This document shows positions 51,160 to 64,000 of a DNA stretch of 64,000 bases, in pieces. Source of the stretch: Mobula hypostoma (Eukaryota); NCBI RefSeq assembly GCF_963921235.1, contig NC_086097.1:151406001-151470000 (forward strand), read 5' to 3'. The stretch's first letter is position 1, and every line of letters starts with the position of its first letter. The position numbers were made by a program, and so were the translations under genes. The notes below the pieces were generated by a model. The model was given only the letters and a program-made list of their open reading frames with translations. It was not told where the DNA came from and did no database searches.

Positions 51160-52010
51160 CATAAGGAGCAGGAGGAGATGGCTATTCAAAGATCGGGCTG
51201 ATTCAGTTTGGGCTTTCCTATTCTCTTCTCAATTCCTTTTGATTCCCCTTGTTTAAATATGTCATCCTTGAATACAATCAATAACTCTGTCATAGTAAAC
51301 AAATTCCTCCTTTTTTCCATCTGAAATGGATGCCTTATTCTTAAACTATGCATCCTAGTTCAAACTACTCCAATAAAGAAAAAAATGTCCAACATCTACA
51401 CTGTCAATCCATATGAAATTTGTATGTTTCAGTCAGTAGATCTCTTATTCTTCAGAACTCCAGTGAGTTTTAGCTTGGCCTCTCCATTTACAATTTCATC
51501 CCAGGTAAGAGCCAAGTGAACCTTAAAGTACATTCAGCACAAGTACATTATTCTTTAAATGTAGAAACCAAAACTGCATGCACTACTCCAGGTACATTCT
51601 TGTCAGTGTCCTCAAAGCAGCATCAGAACTTCCCTGTTTAATACTCCTTACGCCTTACAAAAAGGCCAGCCTTTCCAATTATTCAGTGTACCTTCATACT
51701 TGCATTGTGATTCATGTGACCGGAGCCCAGCATTTCATAAACGTTTAATTTGAATTCCAATTTGCTTTTTGTTCATTCTTCCGAAGTGGATGACCTCATT
51801 TTTGCCTACATTATTTTGCATTTGATAACTTGTCCAGTTACTTAACATTCCTTCCTTTGCAAGCTCTGTGTCCTCAATGTGCTAACCCATCTTTTTTTTA
51901 AAAATCATTAGCAAATTTGGTTACACTGCACTTGTCAATTTTATCCAAGTCACCTACATAGATTGTAAATAGTTGAGACCTTAATATTGATCCCTGTGGT
52001 ACCCCACTAG
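51160..52010 (-). mobile_element. Degenerate CR1 3' fragment
   Basis: ataggagcagga-like tail, accaaaactgcatgcactactccagg and tgatccctgtggtaccccactag (reverse of SGVPQGS). Confidence 0.7.
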
Positions 52011-53008
52011 TTACTGATTTTCATGGTTTCAGTAAAAATGTGGCAAAGCTGTAGTATATTTTCATATTGAAAAGTGACTACACAAGTTTTAAGAACTATT
52101 TGAACATTGATGTTTTTTACATCTAGATGCTTGGGATAAAGTGTTTTAAGTTCCATTAGTAAAGAAGTACCTCCATACCCAAGTAAGATTTTTAATGCCA
52201 CTTAATTTTTGGGAAGAAAAGCACATATAATTGGATTGTAACTGTGTATAAATAGTTCCTACGTTTTCGGTAACATCAGTCGGTTAGTTTTGTTCATCTT
52301 GTGATAGTATTCAGTCTCTTCAACGTAATTTGCTTCTATTGTGATGCTGTGTATATGTTTTAATGTATTTGAAAATCTATGCCAATTACTTGATCAAGGA
52401 GCATCAAAGGGTACAGCTCCAAGTGTGTGAAGGTGCCAATCTATTTTTTGATAATTTAAAAGAATAAAGATTTAATGAGAGCAACAAATGTGGATTTTTT
52501 TTCCCACTAGTCTTGGTCAAAATCCAAGACTAGTATGTTTTTAACCCTCCTGAGCTGACTGCCTGACCAAGTTTGTTATTTATCTGACTTCACTCTACCA
52601 TAGAAGCTAGTCTTCAGCCAATTGGATATGCTCCATATGATATCCGGTGGCAGCTGACTGCCCTGACTAAACTGGAGTTTATAAACCCCAAAATCTGTTT
52701 TGTTTTACAGCTTAGTCTTGCTTCCCAGAATTTTTGATGTTCCTAGCCAAGTTGTACACGCACTCAACAATTGCACACTCACTAGACAAATTAAAAATTT
52801 GGAAATGTGTTTCAGGGAAGCTTCTTCAAAGTATAAAAACAAGTTAGGGTCGCAGAATGGAGGAGGGATGGAAATAACAATGGAAGTTTATCACTGATGG
52901 TGTTGAGGCCAGATTTATGCAGATTATACTATTTACAGAGCCATCTGGTTTATAGATTAATGAAGGCAGCTAGAGGGAGGGAGAAAACAAAAGAGCACTT
53001 TTAAATTA

Positions 53009-54932
53009 CAGGGGATCCTGGTTAATTGGGACACATAGGGACCAGTACATTTTAGATCAATTAAGCAGCTGCCCCAATTAACTAAGGTTTCATGGATATA
53101 TTTAAACAGGTATAAAATAAAAGGCAAACAACTGTCTGAGTAACAAATTACCCATTTTAAATGAAATACAGAACAAATTAGAGCACTACCGATACTACTA
53201 CAGTACTGTAAAACTTGCAATAGTTCCTGATGGTTATCACCGAGGAATTCATCCAGTGTGCGTTACTGTGTTCTTTTAGAGCCATAGTCATAGAACACTA
53301 CAGCACAGAAACAGGCTCTAAAGTCCATCTAGTCTGTGCTGAACCAATAATCTGCATAGTCACATTGACCTGTACTTGGACCATTGCCCTCCATGCCACC
53401 GCCCTCACCCCCTCCCCCTGCAATCCATGTACCTATCCAGGTTTCTCTTAAATGTTGAAATCAACCCTACATTCGCTATTTATGCTGGCAGCTCATTGCA
53501 CCCTCACCACCCTGTTGAGTGAAGAAGTTTCCCTATGTTCCCCTTAAACATTTCATCTTTCAAACCTTGACCTCTAGTTGTAGTTTCTACCTAAACTTCT
53601 CTTAAATTTTGAGATTGAGCTCACATGGACCACTTGTGCTGGCAGCTCATTCCACACTCTCATGACCCTCTGAGTGAAGAAGTTTCCCTTCATGTTCCCC
53701 TTAAGCTTTTGTATAATGTCTTACACAATTTCAGCATAACATCCCAACTCCTGTACTCAATACATTGATTTAATGAAGACCAGTGTACCAAAAGCTTTCT
53801 TTATGAGCTTATCTACCTGTGATACCACATTCAAGGAATTGTGGACCTGTATTCCCAGATCCCTTTGTTCAACCGCATTCAGTGTCCTATTGTTCACTGT
53901 GTAAAACCTACCCCGGTTGGTCCTCCCAAAGTGCAACACCTCACATTTGTCTGCATTAAATTCCATCTGCCATTTTTGAGCCCATTTCACCAGCTTGTCC
54001 AAATCCTGCGTCAAGCTTTGATAGCCTTCCTCTATGTCAACTATATCCTCATTCTCAATGTCAACTGCAATTTTGCTGATCCAGTCAACCACATTATCAT
54101 CCAGATCATTGATATAGATCACAAACAACAACAAACCCAGCACCAATCCTTGCAGCACACCATTAGTCACAGGCCTCCAGTCTAAGAAGCAATCATCTAC
54201 AAACACTTTGGCTTCTTCCGTGAAGCCAGTATCTAATTTATTATCTCATCTTGAATGCCAAGCAGCTGAACCTTGACCAACTTCCCATGTAAGACTTTGT
54301 TAAAAGCCTTGCTAAAATTCATGTAGACAACATCCACTGCCTTGCCTTCAAAATCTTTTCTGGTTACTTCCTTGAAAAGCTCTGGTTAGGCATAATTTAC
54401 CATGTACAAAGCTGTCTTGACTATGCTTGATTAACTGTAAATGAACAAGATCAGCACAAGCACCTAGTGCAAATAATGGACAGCCTTCATAGAATTTTTT
54501 TGACTACTGCATCTCCAAATATTCATTTCCATTGCCACATTTAAGATGATTGTTGATACCTTCTAACTTTTTGTAGTTCCTAGCTTGAATGCTTGAAACA
54601 GCAGTGTGTAAAACAGTTCTTAATTGTTTTACTGCTTATTTTTCACCAGCTATCAGTGACAAAAATCATTGCTTTTTGAATATAAACACATAGCTAATGA
54701 TATTTAAAACTACACTAAGCAGTGTTGGTGTCTTGATAGCTGCACAAGTGCACATGACTGATGCTAGTTAGAAATTGTTTCATAACAGTCTCCTGTTCCA
54801 ATTAGGTAGCATAGTGGCCCAAATAAACAAACAAAATACCACTTATTTTCTCAATTAGTTTTTGTTCTTTAAGTGTTGTCCAAAATAAGCTGCCCTGACT
54901 TAACCGATTGCCCAAGTAACTGGAGTGCATTG
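53009..54932. mobile_element. Tigger-like non-autonomous DNA transposon with a nested CR1
   Basis: TA|CAGGGGATCCTGGTTAATTGGG ... CCCAAGTAACTGGAGTGCATTG|TA imperfect TIRs. Confidence 0.7.
53278..54430 (-). mobile_element. CR1 LINE 3' fragment with an internal duplication and deletion
   Basis: ORF 53757..54206 (WRPVTNGVLQG..LLFVIYINDLDDN...WQMEFNADKCEVLHFG). The segment near 53445-53590 is repeated near 53597-53710. Confidence 0.88.
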
Positions 54933-55084
54933 TATTAAGTCAACAAATTTGGCTCTGGCCCTTCCAGATCACCTTTGCCATCTACTCCACAAGATTCTCT
55001 CTAATCAGTACTTCAAGCCCACTCTTTCATTGCCGTATTCTCTTTATTTCGTGAATATATTCAGGAAGTATGTTCTGTCTGAGC

Positions 55085-56385
55085 AAAGACCTGGATCCAT
55101 TGAATTTGCCTTTCGCCATAATCGGTGTATGGTGGATGCCATCTCATTGACTCTTTACTTCAGTCATGGCTCACCTGGACAAATCAAATACTGCTGTCTG
55201 GCTGTTTATTGACTACAGCTCAGCGTTTAACACAATTTGTTCCTACAATGTGTTCCTATCAACATGGTAAGGTAATGTTCATGGGTTCAATGTCCATTCA
55301 GAATTTGAATGGTAGGTGGGAAGAAGCTGATCGAAAAGCTCCAGAACCTGGACCTTTGTACCTCCTTCTGCAGCTGGATCTTCGACTGTGCTGATTGTAA
55401 ATAATATCTGCACCTTGCTGACAATCAACACTAGGGCACCTCAGAGCTGTGTGCTTAGTCCAGTGCTTTACTCTCTCTACACCTACGATTGCGTGGCTAT
55501 GCACAGTTTAAATACCATCTACAAATTTGCTGGGTTGCAACCAATATTGGCAGAATTTCAGATGATGATGAGAGGGTGTAAGGGAGCAAGGTATATATCA
55601 GCTAGTTGAGTGGTTTCACAGTAGCAGTGAAGTTAAAGCATTCAGCTTCAGTAAGATCAAAGAACTGATTGTGGACTTCAGAAAGGGTAAGATGAGGGAA
55701 CACTCACCAGTTCTCATTGAGGGATCAGATTTGGGAATAGTGAGTAATTGCAAATTCCTGGGTGTCAACATCTCTGAGGCTCTATCCTGGACCCAACATA
55801 TTGATGCAGCAAACAAAAGGCACTACAGCAGCCTTTATTTAATTAGGGGCTTGAAGAGATTCAGTATGGCAAATTTCTACAAGTGCACTGTGGAGAGCTT
55901 TCTAACTGGCTGCACCACCGTCTGCCGTGGGGGGGGGGGGGCGTGGTTGGAATGCTGCTTCACAGGATCGAAATAAACTTCAGAAACTTGTAAATTTATG
56001 AGCTCCATCGTAGTCATTAGCCTCTATCATACCCAGGACATCTTCAAGGAGCAATGCCTCAAAAAGGCAGTGTCCATCATTAAGAATCCCCATCACCTAG
56101 GCCATTCCTCTTTCTCATTGCTAAGAAGGTACAGACACCTGAAGGCACATGCTCAATGATTCAGAAACAGCTTCTTCCCATCTACTATCAGAATCCTGAA
56201 TGGACATTGAACCCATGAACATTACCTTACTATTTTTTTTTAATTTCTATTTTTGCACTGCTTATTTAATTTAACTATTTTATATAGAAATTTACTGTAA
56301 TTCACGGTTTTATGTATTACTGCTGCAGAGACACCAATTTTCACAACGTATTCTGGTGGTATTATACCTGCTACTGATGCTGAAT
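55085..56385 (+). mobile_element. Rex1/Babar-like LINE RT to 3' end, decayed
   Basis: FIDYSSAFNT-like remnant, TRAPQSCVLSPVLYSLYTYDC..IYKFA and MDFRKG..HSPVLIEG..KFLGVNISEALSWTQH. Confidence 0.85.
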
Positions 56386-56567
56386 TTTCCCACTCATCCT
56401 TTGCAGTTTGAACTATCATAGTCCCATGTGGCTTTCTTCTCCTGAGGAGTTTGTTTTTTTTTAAGTTGAGCTTTAAAACTTTTCCAGCACTTCATTTACT
56501 GTCATAAAGTTGTAATATTTCTTACAATACCTAGGTAGGCAAAGTGATGAAGAAGGTGTAACGCTGT

Positions 56568-56876
56568 GTGGGCACGTGGCCAAGTGGTTAAGGCATTGGA
56601 CTAGCGACCTGAAGGTCGTGAGTACGTGCCCCAGCCCAGGCAACGTGTTGTGTCCTTGAGTAAGTCATTTAATCACACATTGCTCTGCGATGACACTGGT
56701 GCCAAGCTGTATGGGTCTTAATGCCCTTCCCTTGGACAACATTGGTGTCATGGAGAGGGGAGACTTGCAGCATGGGCAACTGCTAGTCTTCCATACAACC
56801 TTGCCCAGGCCTGCGCCCTGGAGAGTGAAGACTTTCCAGGCGCAGATCCATGGTCTCGCAAGACTAACGGATGCCT
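56568..56876 (+). mobile_element. tRNA-derived SINE
   Basis: A box tggccaagtggttaagg, degenerate B box, gtgtccttgagtaagtcattta central motif, short taacgc direct repeats. Interrupts a CR1 remnant. Confidence 0.8.
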
Positions 56877-57987
56877 TAACGCATGCTGACTTCATAGGCT
56901 GAGGTATAGAGTATATTTTTAAAAAAATTGAAATATCAAGTTGCAGCTACACAAGTAAGTGATTAGATTGTACTTGGAATATTGTCATTTTTTCGTGGAG
57001 CTGCAACTTGATGTTCCACCTTTTGTACTCAATCCTTTGGCCTTTGAATATTTTCAGTACCCTAGCCTCATGTCACAGTTTTCATGGAGCTATGGCCTTC
57101 CACCCCATGTGTTCCTATACATCAATACTCCTAAGGTCCCTGACGTTTACTTTATGCCCTATCAAAATTTGACTTCAACGAGTTCTGAGTTTATGATGTC
57201 TTACAGGGCATTTAGGGATGAGCATTGAATGCTGGCTTTACCAACAATGCTCTCATTCAATTTGTAATTTTTTTTCTGGAAAGTAAATTTTTAAAGCAGT
57301 AACAAAACATTTCTGTAAGTTAATTTAATTGTCTAAATCTTCAGGCAGTTTAAATTTTATGTGGATAAAGAGATTTTCTGACCTTGGAGAAAAGAAGTCA
57401 CCTTGAGTCTGTCCTAAATAAATGACTTTGTAAGGTGTAACCCTTAGATTCTCTCATAAATAAAGGCATTCTGTTTCTTTCAACCTGTTTAAGAATCCTC
57501 AGTGTTTTATTTCAGTCAAGTGTCTTTCACTCTTCTGAATTCCAGCAGAAATAGCCCTGTTATATCCTACCTTTTCTGGTATCTAAATATTGGACAATGT
57601 TTTAATGAGGACCTTTCTCATGTTGGGCTAGAGCTCTGATTGCAAGTTGCAAGCAATACGTTTTGGAGACTATTTGAACAATACTGTCCCATCCTTTATG
57701 GGTTAAAATCATATAAAGGGTTAACACCTACATCCTTACCGTCGAAGTTGATAGGCCCACTGACTATACTATTTTTAGTTTTTCTGTGGACTTTGGGTCC
57801 TGAAATTCCAATAATTTTGGAAGTAGAGTTTTAAGGTTCTTAAGATACTGATCTTCACTTTTTCCCCATAAAATTTAAAAAAAATTGCCACAGACTTTTA
57901 AATATTCTGTTTTTAATGGGAGATGTATGATAACCTAGAATTTATAAACCTAGTCGAATTTTGAACAATTTCAAAATTGCTTCTTAG

Positions 57988-57996
57988 GTTCAGTAT
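57988..57996 (+). other. Candidate in-frame 9-nt microexon (VQY), or 3-nt (Y), of KHDRBS3
   Basis: ttcttAG|GTTCAGTAT|GTAAGT: consensus donor, phase 0/0. Unverified. Confidence 0.35.
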
Positions 57997-60807
57997 GTAA
58001 GTAAATCCAGATCATAGAATTATCTTAAGTAACCACTTTAATGCATAGAACACTTGCTGATATCAGAAAAGGACAGGAATTGAACAGATTCCATAAAATA
58101 GATTTTCCAGTTTCAAATTGCATGTTTCGTTAATATTAAGTTATTATTAAGATATAATTGCATCATGTATCCTTCGTAGCTTCAGCATATGACAATTCTA
58201 CTTTTCATTTAAACTTTAATAAATTTTTATCATATTTGGAATTAAATTGAGCATCACCAGTAGCCTGAAGCACTAGTTTGAAATTTGCAGTCACCAATAC
58301 ATATTTTAAAAGATGAATATTCTAATAATGGTGCTAAACTTGGGAAAAAAAGATTTGTGTAATGTGCCCTCAGGATATCCCTAAGCACTCTGAAACTGGT
58401 GGGTTATTTTCAAAGTCTAATATGTAAAGTGCCAGTGAAGGCATTTTTTTTTTACACATTCAAATCTTGGTGAGAAATCAAATTAATAGTTTGCATATAA
58501 TTTTTGACATTGCATAAAAAATGTTGGACTTTATTTTGGGGTGAGGTGTCAGCTCTCTGCTTCAGTTTAATCTTCTCCTCAAAATATCAGTATCCAGAGC
58601 TGCTTAATACCATATTAAAATGCCTTTCAGGACAGCATCTACCTCAGTGTGTGAAGTGGCTTGATGCAGGCTATGGGTATTGGCTGTTCTGTGGGAAATG
58701 TGTCAAGTTGTGAAAGTTGCAGAACTAATCAGAGCAAACCAGATGGAATTTCAGCTTTCTGTAAAACTGAGCAAAATAATTATGTTCAATAATGATTGAC
58801 CTTGGGTTTGGTTGTTTCCAGTGATGATGTTGTACTCTGGGATGTATTTATTAAGATGTATATTATCCTTTATTGGGTTCCTTCTGACGTTACTTTTGAG
58901 AAACAATGGACCTAAGTTGAAAAAGTTTGTTCCAACTTGTGCTAATAATGTGTTTACAAATGTTCATTTTTACCTGTGGAATCAAAAATTACAATCAAAG
59001 AACAGCATGCTTTACTTGTTTTGTTTACTGGACTTAAGAACTCATAGCTAGAATATTTTGTTTTTTGGTTTGATTTAAGGAAGGGGAGTTTGCAAAGCTA
59101 CAGTATGCAATGAGATTTATTGGAATACAAGCTGACATAAAATCGAAACACTGGAAAGTTTGATAGAATTTAATAGGCTAGTCACCTCAGTCTGGATGGA
59201 ATGTATCCTTGGCTGTTGTAGGGAAGGGGAAAAAGAATAGAAATAGTGGAGATAATGTTTGTAGTCTTCTAATCCTACTTTGCTACAGCAGCTGTACCAT
59301 AACACTGAAGGATTGCATGTGTTGCATAATTGCCCAGAATAAGCAAAAAATACAATTAATAATTACAGCTTAGTCAAATTAATGTCATTGCTTTTGGAAA
59401 CATAATCTGGGAGAAAGTTAACTTACATTTGGACAAAAATGGATTAACTAAGAAAATACTGGTACGTTTCTTAACTCAAATCAAATAATTAATGTTCTTT
59501 TGTTGCTTTTCTGCCTGTCACTAAAAATAATGTTTGAGATCTTAATTTGGCATTTTGGAAGTAGAGAATTAAGTTTGGCTGGGTTCCAGCATCATTACCT
59601 TAAATTGGACCTTAGATGATGATTGTCGATAACAACAGTTGTTGAGTGGAGAGAAAAGTTGAAGCAACAGAGATGCTTGTTGCATTACTCAGGAAGCTGT
59701 ATGCACAGAAGCTGACCTACATTATTTACTTGGGAAAAGTAAGGGTTCCATGAGTATGTTTAGAACTCAGTGGATAAGAATGATTTGTTTTGTATTACTC
59801 CAGCCTTTATAGTGCAGTGCCTTCCAACATTAGAATGCTAGTTCCTCAATTCTGCAATGTACAACATGCAAATGCGGATTACATCAGATCAGTTCCTGTC
59901 TCTTACTGATCACCTTAGTTTGGTCACAACTCCAAACCCATCCTAATGTTTCGCTTCATGCTCCTCTCCATTTAGGTACTAAATTAATTTCTCTCAACAC
60001 TCCTCTCCCACTCTAGCATTAACCAGCTCAGTGAATAATCATGCCTTTGTGCTCCCTGAAGTAAACTGAACTTTGGTACAATGGGACAACAAACAAAAAA
60101 GTTGTTTGCATTATGGCAACTCTTCCTGCAACTTTTCTTGCCACTGGAGTTACCAGAAATTTGAAGTAAAATAAATCCCAGTATTTCAATCATTTTGTTT
60201 CATATTATTTTTGGAACTCTTTAATTGTTCTATAATCCTGAAGCTTCATATCCCGCAGCTCTTTTGCATCACCTGGTTTTCCTCTATTCAGGAAACACAA
60301 TGTTTTTGTCAATTCACCTTTTCTGACATTTAATTCTGCCAGCTTGCATATTTTGTTTAATTCTCCAAATTATCTGGTGTGGCTCACATTTTAATGACAT
60401 CTGTGTGTAATGATTTAATTAGGAGAAATTGTCCGAAGCACAATAGTATGATTAAAAGCCCTGTGAGGTTGCACATTTTATTGCTTTCTAAATTGTTTTA
60501 ACAAATTTTTACTCTACAATCACGCATATTACCAATGGATATCTGAAAGATCATGTAGAATATCTACCTCCCAAATAACCTTATCAGGTTTATCAAAAAG
60601 GCTTGTATTTTTCTGCTTCTGTTTACAGTGTTGGACTCAAGAAACACAGTACCCTGTAAACCTGGTTTTTGATGGGCAGACCTGAAAGTAACTTTTTATT
60701 TATAGATGCTACCTCATATACTGAGTACTTTCAAAATGTTTTTATTTTTATTGTTGGGTTTAGAAGCAATATTTTTGCAAATAGGTAAATAAGCTATGGG
60801 TTATATT

Positions 60808-61193
60808 TGTTGTTGGTGAATGAAATCGCCGGAGAAAATTACTGGTAGATTCAAAGCAGCTTCTTTATTGGTCAAATCAAGGAACAGCAGGCCTTTTCGG
60901 TGGAAAGGTCGACTGGCCCAACATGAGGCTCGATATTTAAGTGCTAAACACAAAGGGCAATTTTATATTTACAAAGTATAGACAATGCTTTCTTTTGAAA
61001 CTACATACAAACTTCACACCTTCTGATTCGCATCCATCCCACAGACGCCAGCATCATCTGGACTGGTATTCAAAGCTTTTTAGGAATGCATTGTTCCAAA
61101 TTAAATTCACAATACATTTTCAAGAAACAGAAGACTGGTAGCCAAAGCCATTTGCTAAATGTAAATGACCTAAATGCAAAATCACTCTTAACA
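60808..61193 (-). mobile_element. Possible solo LTR
   Basis: TGTT...AACA ends and a minus-strand AATAAA (ctttattgg near 60864). TSD is unconvincing. Confidence 0.3.
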
Positions 61194-61419
61194 TACGTTT
61201 GTATTTGCATAAGCAAGTTTGGGAGTAAGAGCATGACATGTGGCCCAGATTGATTTATAATTGGAGAGTCGTAGTTGTTCAAGTCAGAATCCCTGGGGTG
61301 CAAGGAAGAAAAGAACAATGGATGTCCAACCAGGACTGTAGTTGAGCAGATTGCTCCAGATTATGCTTCATTTATCCCATATTTAACATCGATGCCCAAC
61401 TTTTTTAAGTTGTTTATTC

Positions 61420-62900
61420 ATTTTCAGGATGGCTGATAACACAAGCATTAAATGCCCATTCCTAATTCCCTGTGTGAAATTTGAGTTGCCTTCTTGATCA
61501 GCGAAAGACCTTCTGTGTAAGGCTCTGGATATACTACCAGCGATGATGAAGGAAAGTCTGTATACTTCCAAATTGGGAAAAAGCTCAATGTAGATTTTCA
61601 ACCTCTGATCCGAGTGTGTAGCCATATTATCTATGCAGCAAACCTAGATGAGATTTTGCAGAATGTTATTATTGGGTATCTGGTGATGGGCTACCACTGA
61701 ATTTCATACATAGATGGTTGGAATGTTCTTAGAGGTGACTTTAGCCTTGCATTTTTATGGCACTCTATACCTGGATGTTGCAAATAGAAACAAGTACTGC
61801 ATCATTTTCTGAGGTATTGTAACTCATGTCCAAGCATCATCAAAATCTGTAGACTTCACAACGGAAAGAAGATGGTGGTTGAAGCATTTGGAAAATGTAT
61901 GTGCTTGAACATTGCGCTAAGGAGCTATTAGTCAGGGAGGTGGGATGATTGAGCTCCAGCAATCAAATCCATCTTCTGTTGTGTGAAGTATGACTCCAAT
62001 CATTGGATTGTTTATGCCTTGATGTCCATTAATTTCAGTTTCATCAAGGTTCCTTGGATGTCACTTGATGGCAGCATTAACATTTTCATTCACTTTGATG
62101 TTTGAGTGTTCATTAAGCAGAAGTTGCCCTGCTTTTTGTGAAGAGGATATTTTACAGCATTGTGTTAGATGCTAGTATTGTCATGGAATAGCTTGGCAAA
62201 AGAAACAGCTGGTTCTGGAGTACAGGTCTTCAGTTCCAGAGTTGGTGTTGGTTATTGTCTGGTTTCTTGCCTTTGTTTTATCCAGCACTCTCAGGAATGG
62301 TGTTGATCTCACTCACTGCGCCACCAGCCGACCTAACAACAGAGGTTCCCGAGTTCGATCCAGTGACGGACCGCCCCCGTGCGCACTCTCCATCCGCGCC
62401 GGGTTGATATTGAGCTCGCAACTCGGCCTCATAAAATAATACTGCAAAATGTCTGTGCAAGGAGTGCCGCCCCACACAGCCTTTCAAATTGCGCCTTGAA
62501 AGGCATGAAAATGCCCGACGCTGCCTCTCAGGTCTGAGTCGACGTCATCATCATCATCATCATCTTAGGAATGGATTGAACTAACTGAAAGCTCACTTCT
62601 GCGTTCTAGGGATTTCGAGAAGCAACCATGTGGAGCATCCACTTGATATTTCTGGCTGAAAATGTTTGAATCTTGCACTCTCATGTTGGAGCTTTCCATA
62701 TTGAGAATGATGACATTTTTGGATTGTTCAACTTTCATAACTGTTGACTGTCCCCTATTCATGACTAGATGGAACAAGCTTGCTGTGCTTGGATTTAATC
62801 CACTAGCTCAGCCTATTGCATGTGGTATTCACTTATGTTCGTTCCATTTGCCTTTATCCCTTTGTCAAGCTTTCCTTAACTTTCCTTTTTGAAATGAGCA
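61420..62900 (-). mobile_element. Ancient CR1/L2-group LINE remnant
   Basis: agcattaaatgcccattcctaattccc 3' end motif shared with 40115-40170 and, inverted, with 13360-13410 and 57210-57260. Confidence 0.5.
62301..62562 (+). mobile_element. tRNA-derived SINE with (CAT)n tail and inverted 5' head
   Basis: TSD tctcaggaatgg / tcttaggaatgg (62289-62300 and 62563-62574). B box gagttcgatcc and (cat)n tail. Confidence 0.8.
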
Positions 62901-64000
62901 TAGGCAATAGCATGAAAACTTAATTGACAATTAAGTAGCATTTGGAAAATTGAGGGTAGTTAATTAAGTAGTTTTGGGGAAAATGTTTCTGAACTTGCTA
63001 TTAAACATGATTTTGAAAGTTGCAATAAAATTGCATGTTATTGGAAGGTTCAGTGAAATTGTTTGTCATTGTGTATTCCAGTACATGGGAATGATTTGAT
63101 AAGCTTCTGTTTCTTGATTGTGTTTTATGTCAATTGCATACACACCTCAACCAATTTGATTGACATCCACTTTTCTTCCAAGTTCCAGTTAAAAAGCTTT
63201 TTCTTTGGAGCTGCTTTGTTACAATTAATTTTTGTCATTTGAAGTATATATCCAAATGCCTAACAGGTTTTCAACTTGGTAGATTTCCTTAAAACTATTT
63301 TGCATAATATTTAATAAGCAGTTAATTTTTGAGAAACTGCAATTAGTATTCATTGCACTGTTTAATTAAGATAAAATTGTAGATTGTAGTGAAGCTTTCA
63401 AAGGTGATTTATTGTCGATAGGAATTGAGAGATTTGTGTTTCCTTTATTTACTTTTTGACTATCCTTTTAAATAGATCTTCACACTGTATTAAGCCCAAC
63501 ATTTTATTAAACTGGAAACATGTAATATTTTGAACAGATGAGAGCAATTTAGTCAACACTCTGGTCAAGTCCACATTCCAGCCTTACTGAAAACATTAAC
63601 TTCTGAATCTCAGAGTTGTAGTGGGAGAGACTGCCTTTGACTTCACAGTGACTGTAAACTGAGCGTCACAGTAGAGAATTCAAATAAAACTAATGTTGGA
63701 AATTAGATTAGTTGGCAATTACAATGAAATGTATATGCATAGAACAATGGAAGATGTCTGTGGCTGATGGATATCTATTATCTCAGCTTCAGACTATTAT
63801 TTCAGAAATCTTTGCAGAGTTTAACCAGCTGGATTCAAGGAAAATATTTTTTCCTGGATTAGGGGTGTGGAGCCAGGAGCCACAGTTTCAGAATATAGGA
63901 CTGAGATAAGGAAAAGTTTCTTCTACTGAAGATGGTAAGTGAGTCCTTGGAATATTCTGTCTGGAACCTAGTTGTTGAATTGAAAACTGACTGATAGACT

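Noticed and set aside
56568..56645. tRNA gene
   Set aside because: B box is degenerate, no clean cloverleaf, and it continues into a SINE body and tail.
47964..64000. Tyr-rich exon 7 of KHDRBS3
   Set aside because: Looked by eye for a DY..GY...Y..Y-type exon with splice sites and found none; it probably lies downstream of the window.

Overview
Eukaryotic, vertebrate intronic DNA. The repeat landscape (CR1 with esterase ORF1, Penelope-like/GIY-YIG fragments, Rex1/Babar-like LINE ends, tRNA-derived SINEs) suggests a cartilaginous fish, probably a ray (inference). The window lies inside a + strand KHDRBS3 (SLM2/T-STAR, STAR-family KH RNA-binding protein) gene. Five in-frame coding exons are visible: 4368-4486, 37981-38097, 42296-42442, 46337-46473 and 47780-47963. 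The first exon and the Tyr-rich tail exons were not found in the window. The introns are packed with mobile elements, including a three-level nest (CR1 > young RTE LINE > inverted Penelope-like element carrying two minimal hammerhead ribozymes), a non-autonomous Helitron with an 88-bp tandem array, a composite hAT/hAT/Tigger element, and Tigger, Tc1 and mariner MITEs. The most interesting observations are a candidate 9-nt (or 3-nt) in-frame microexon at 57988-57996 whose donor duplicates that of the preceding exon, intact hammerhead cores in the pre-mRNA, and the Helitron. Repeat boundaries without a stated TSD or TIR are approximate. Almost all short ORFs in the track are TE debris or chance.
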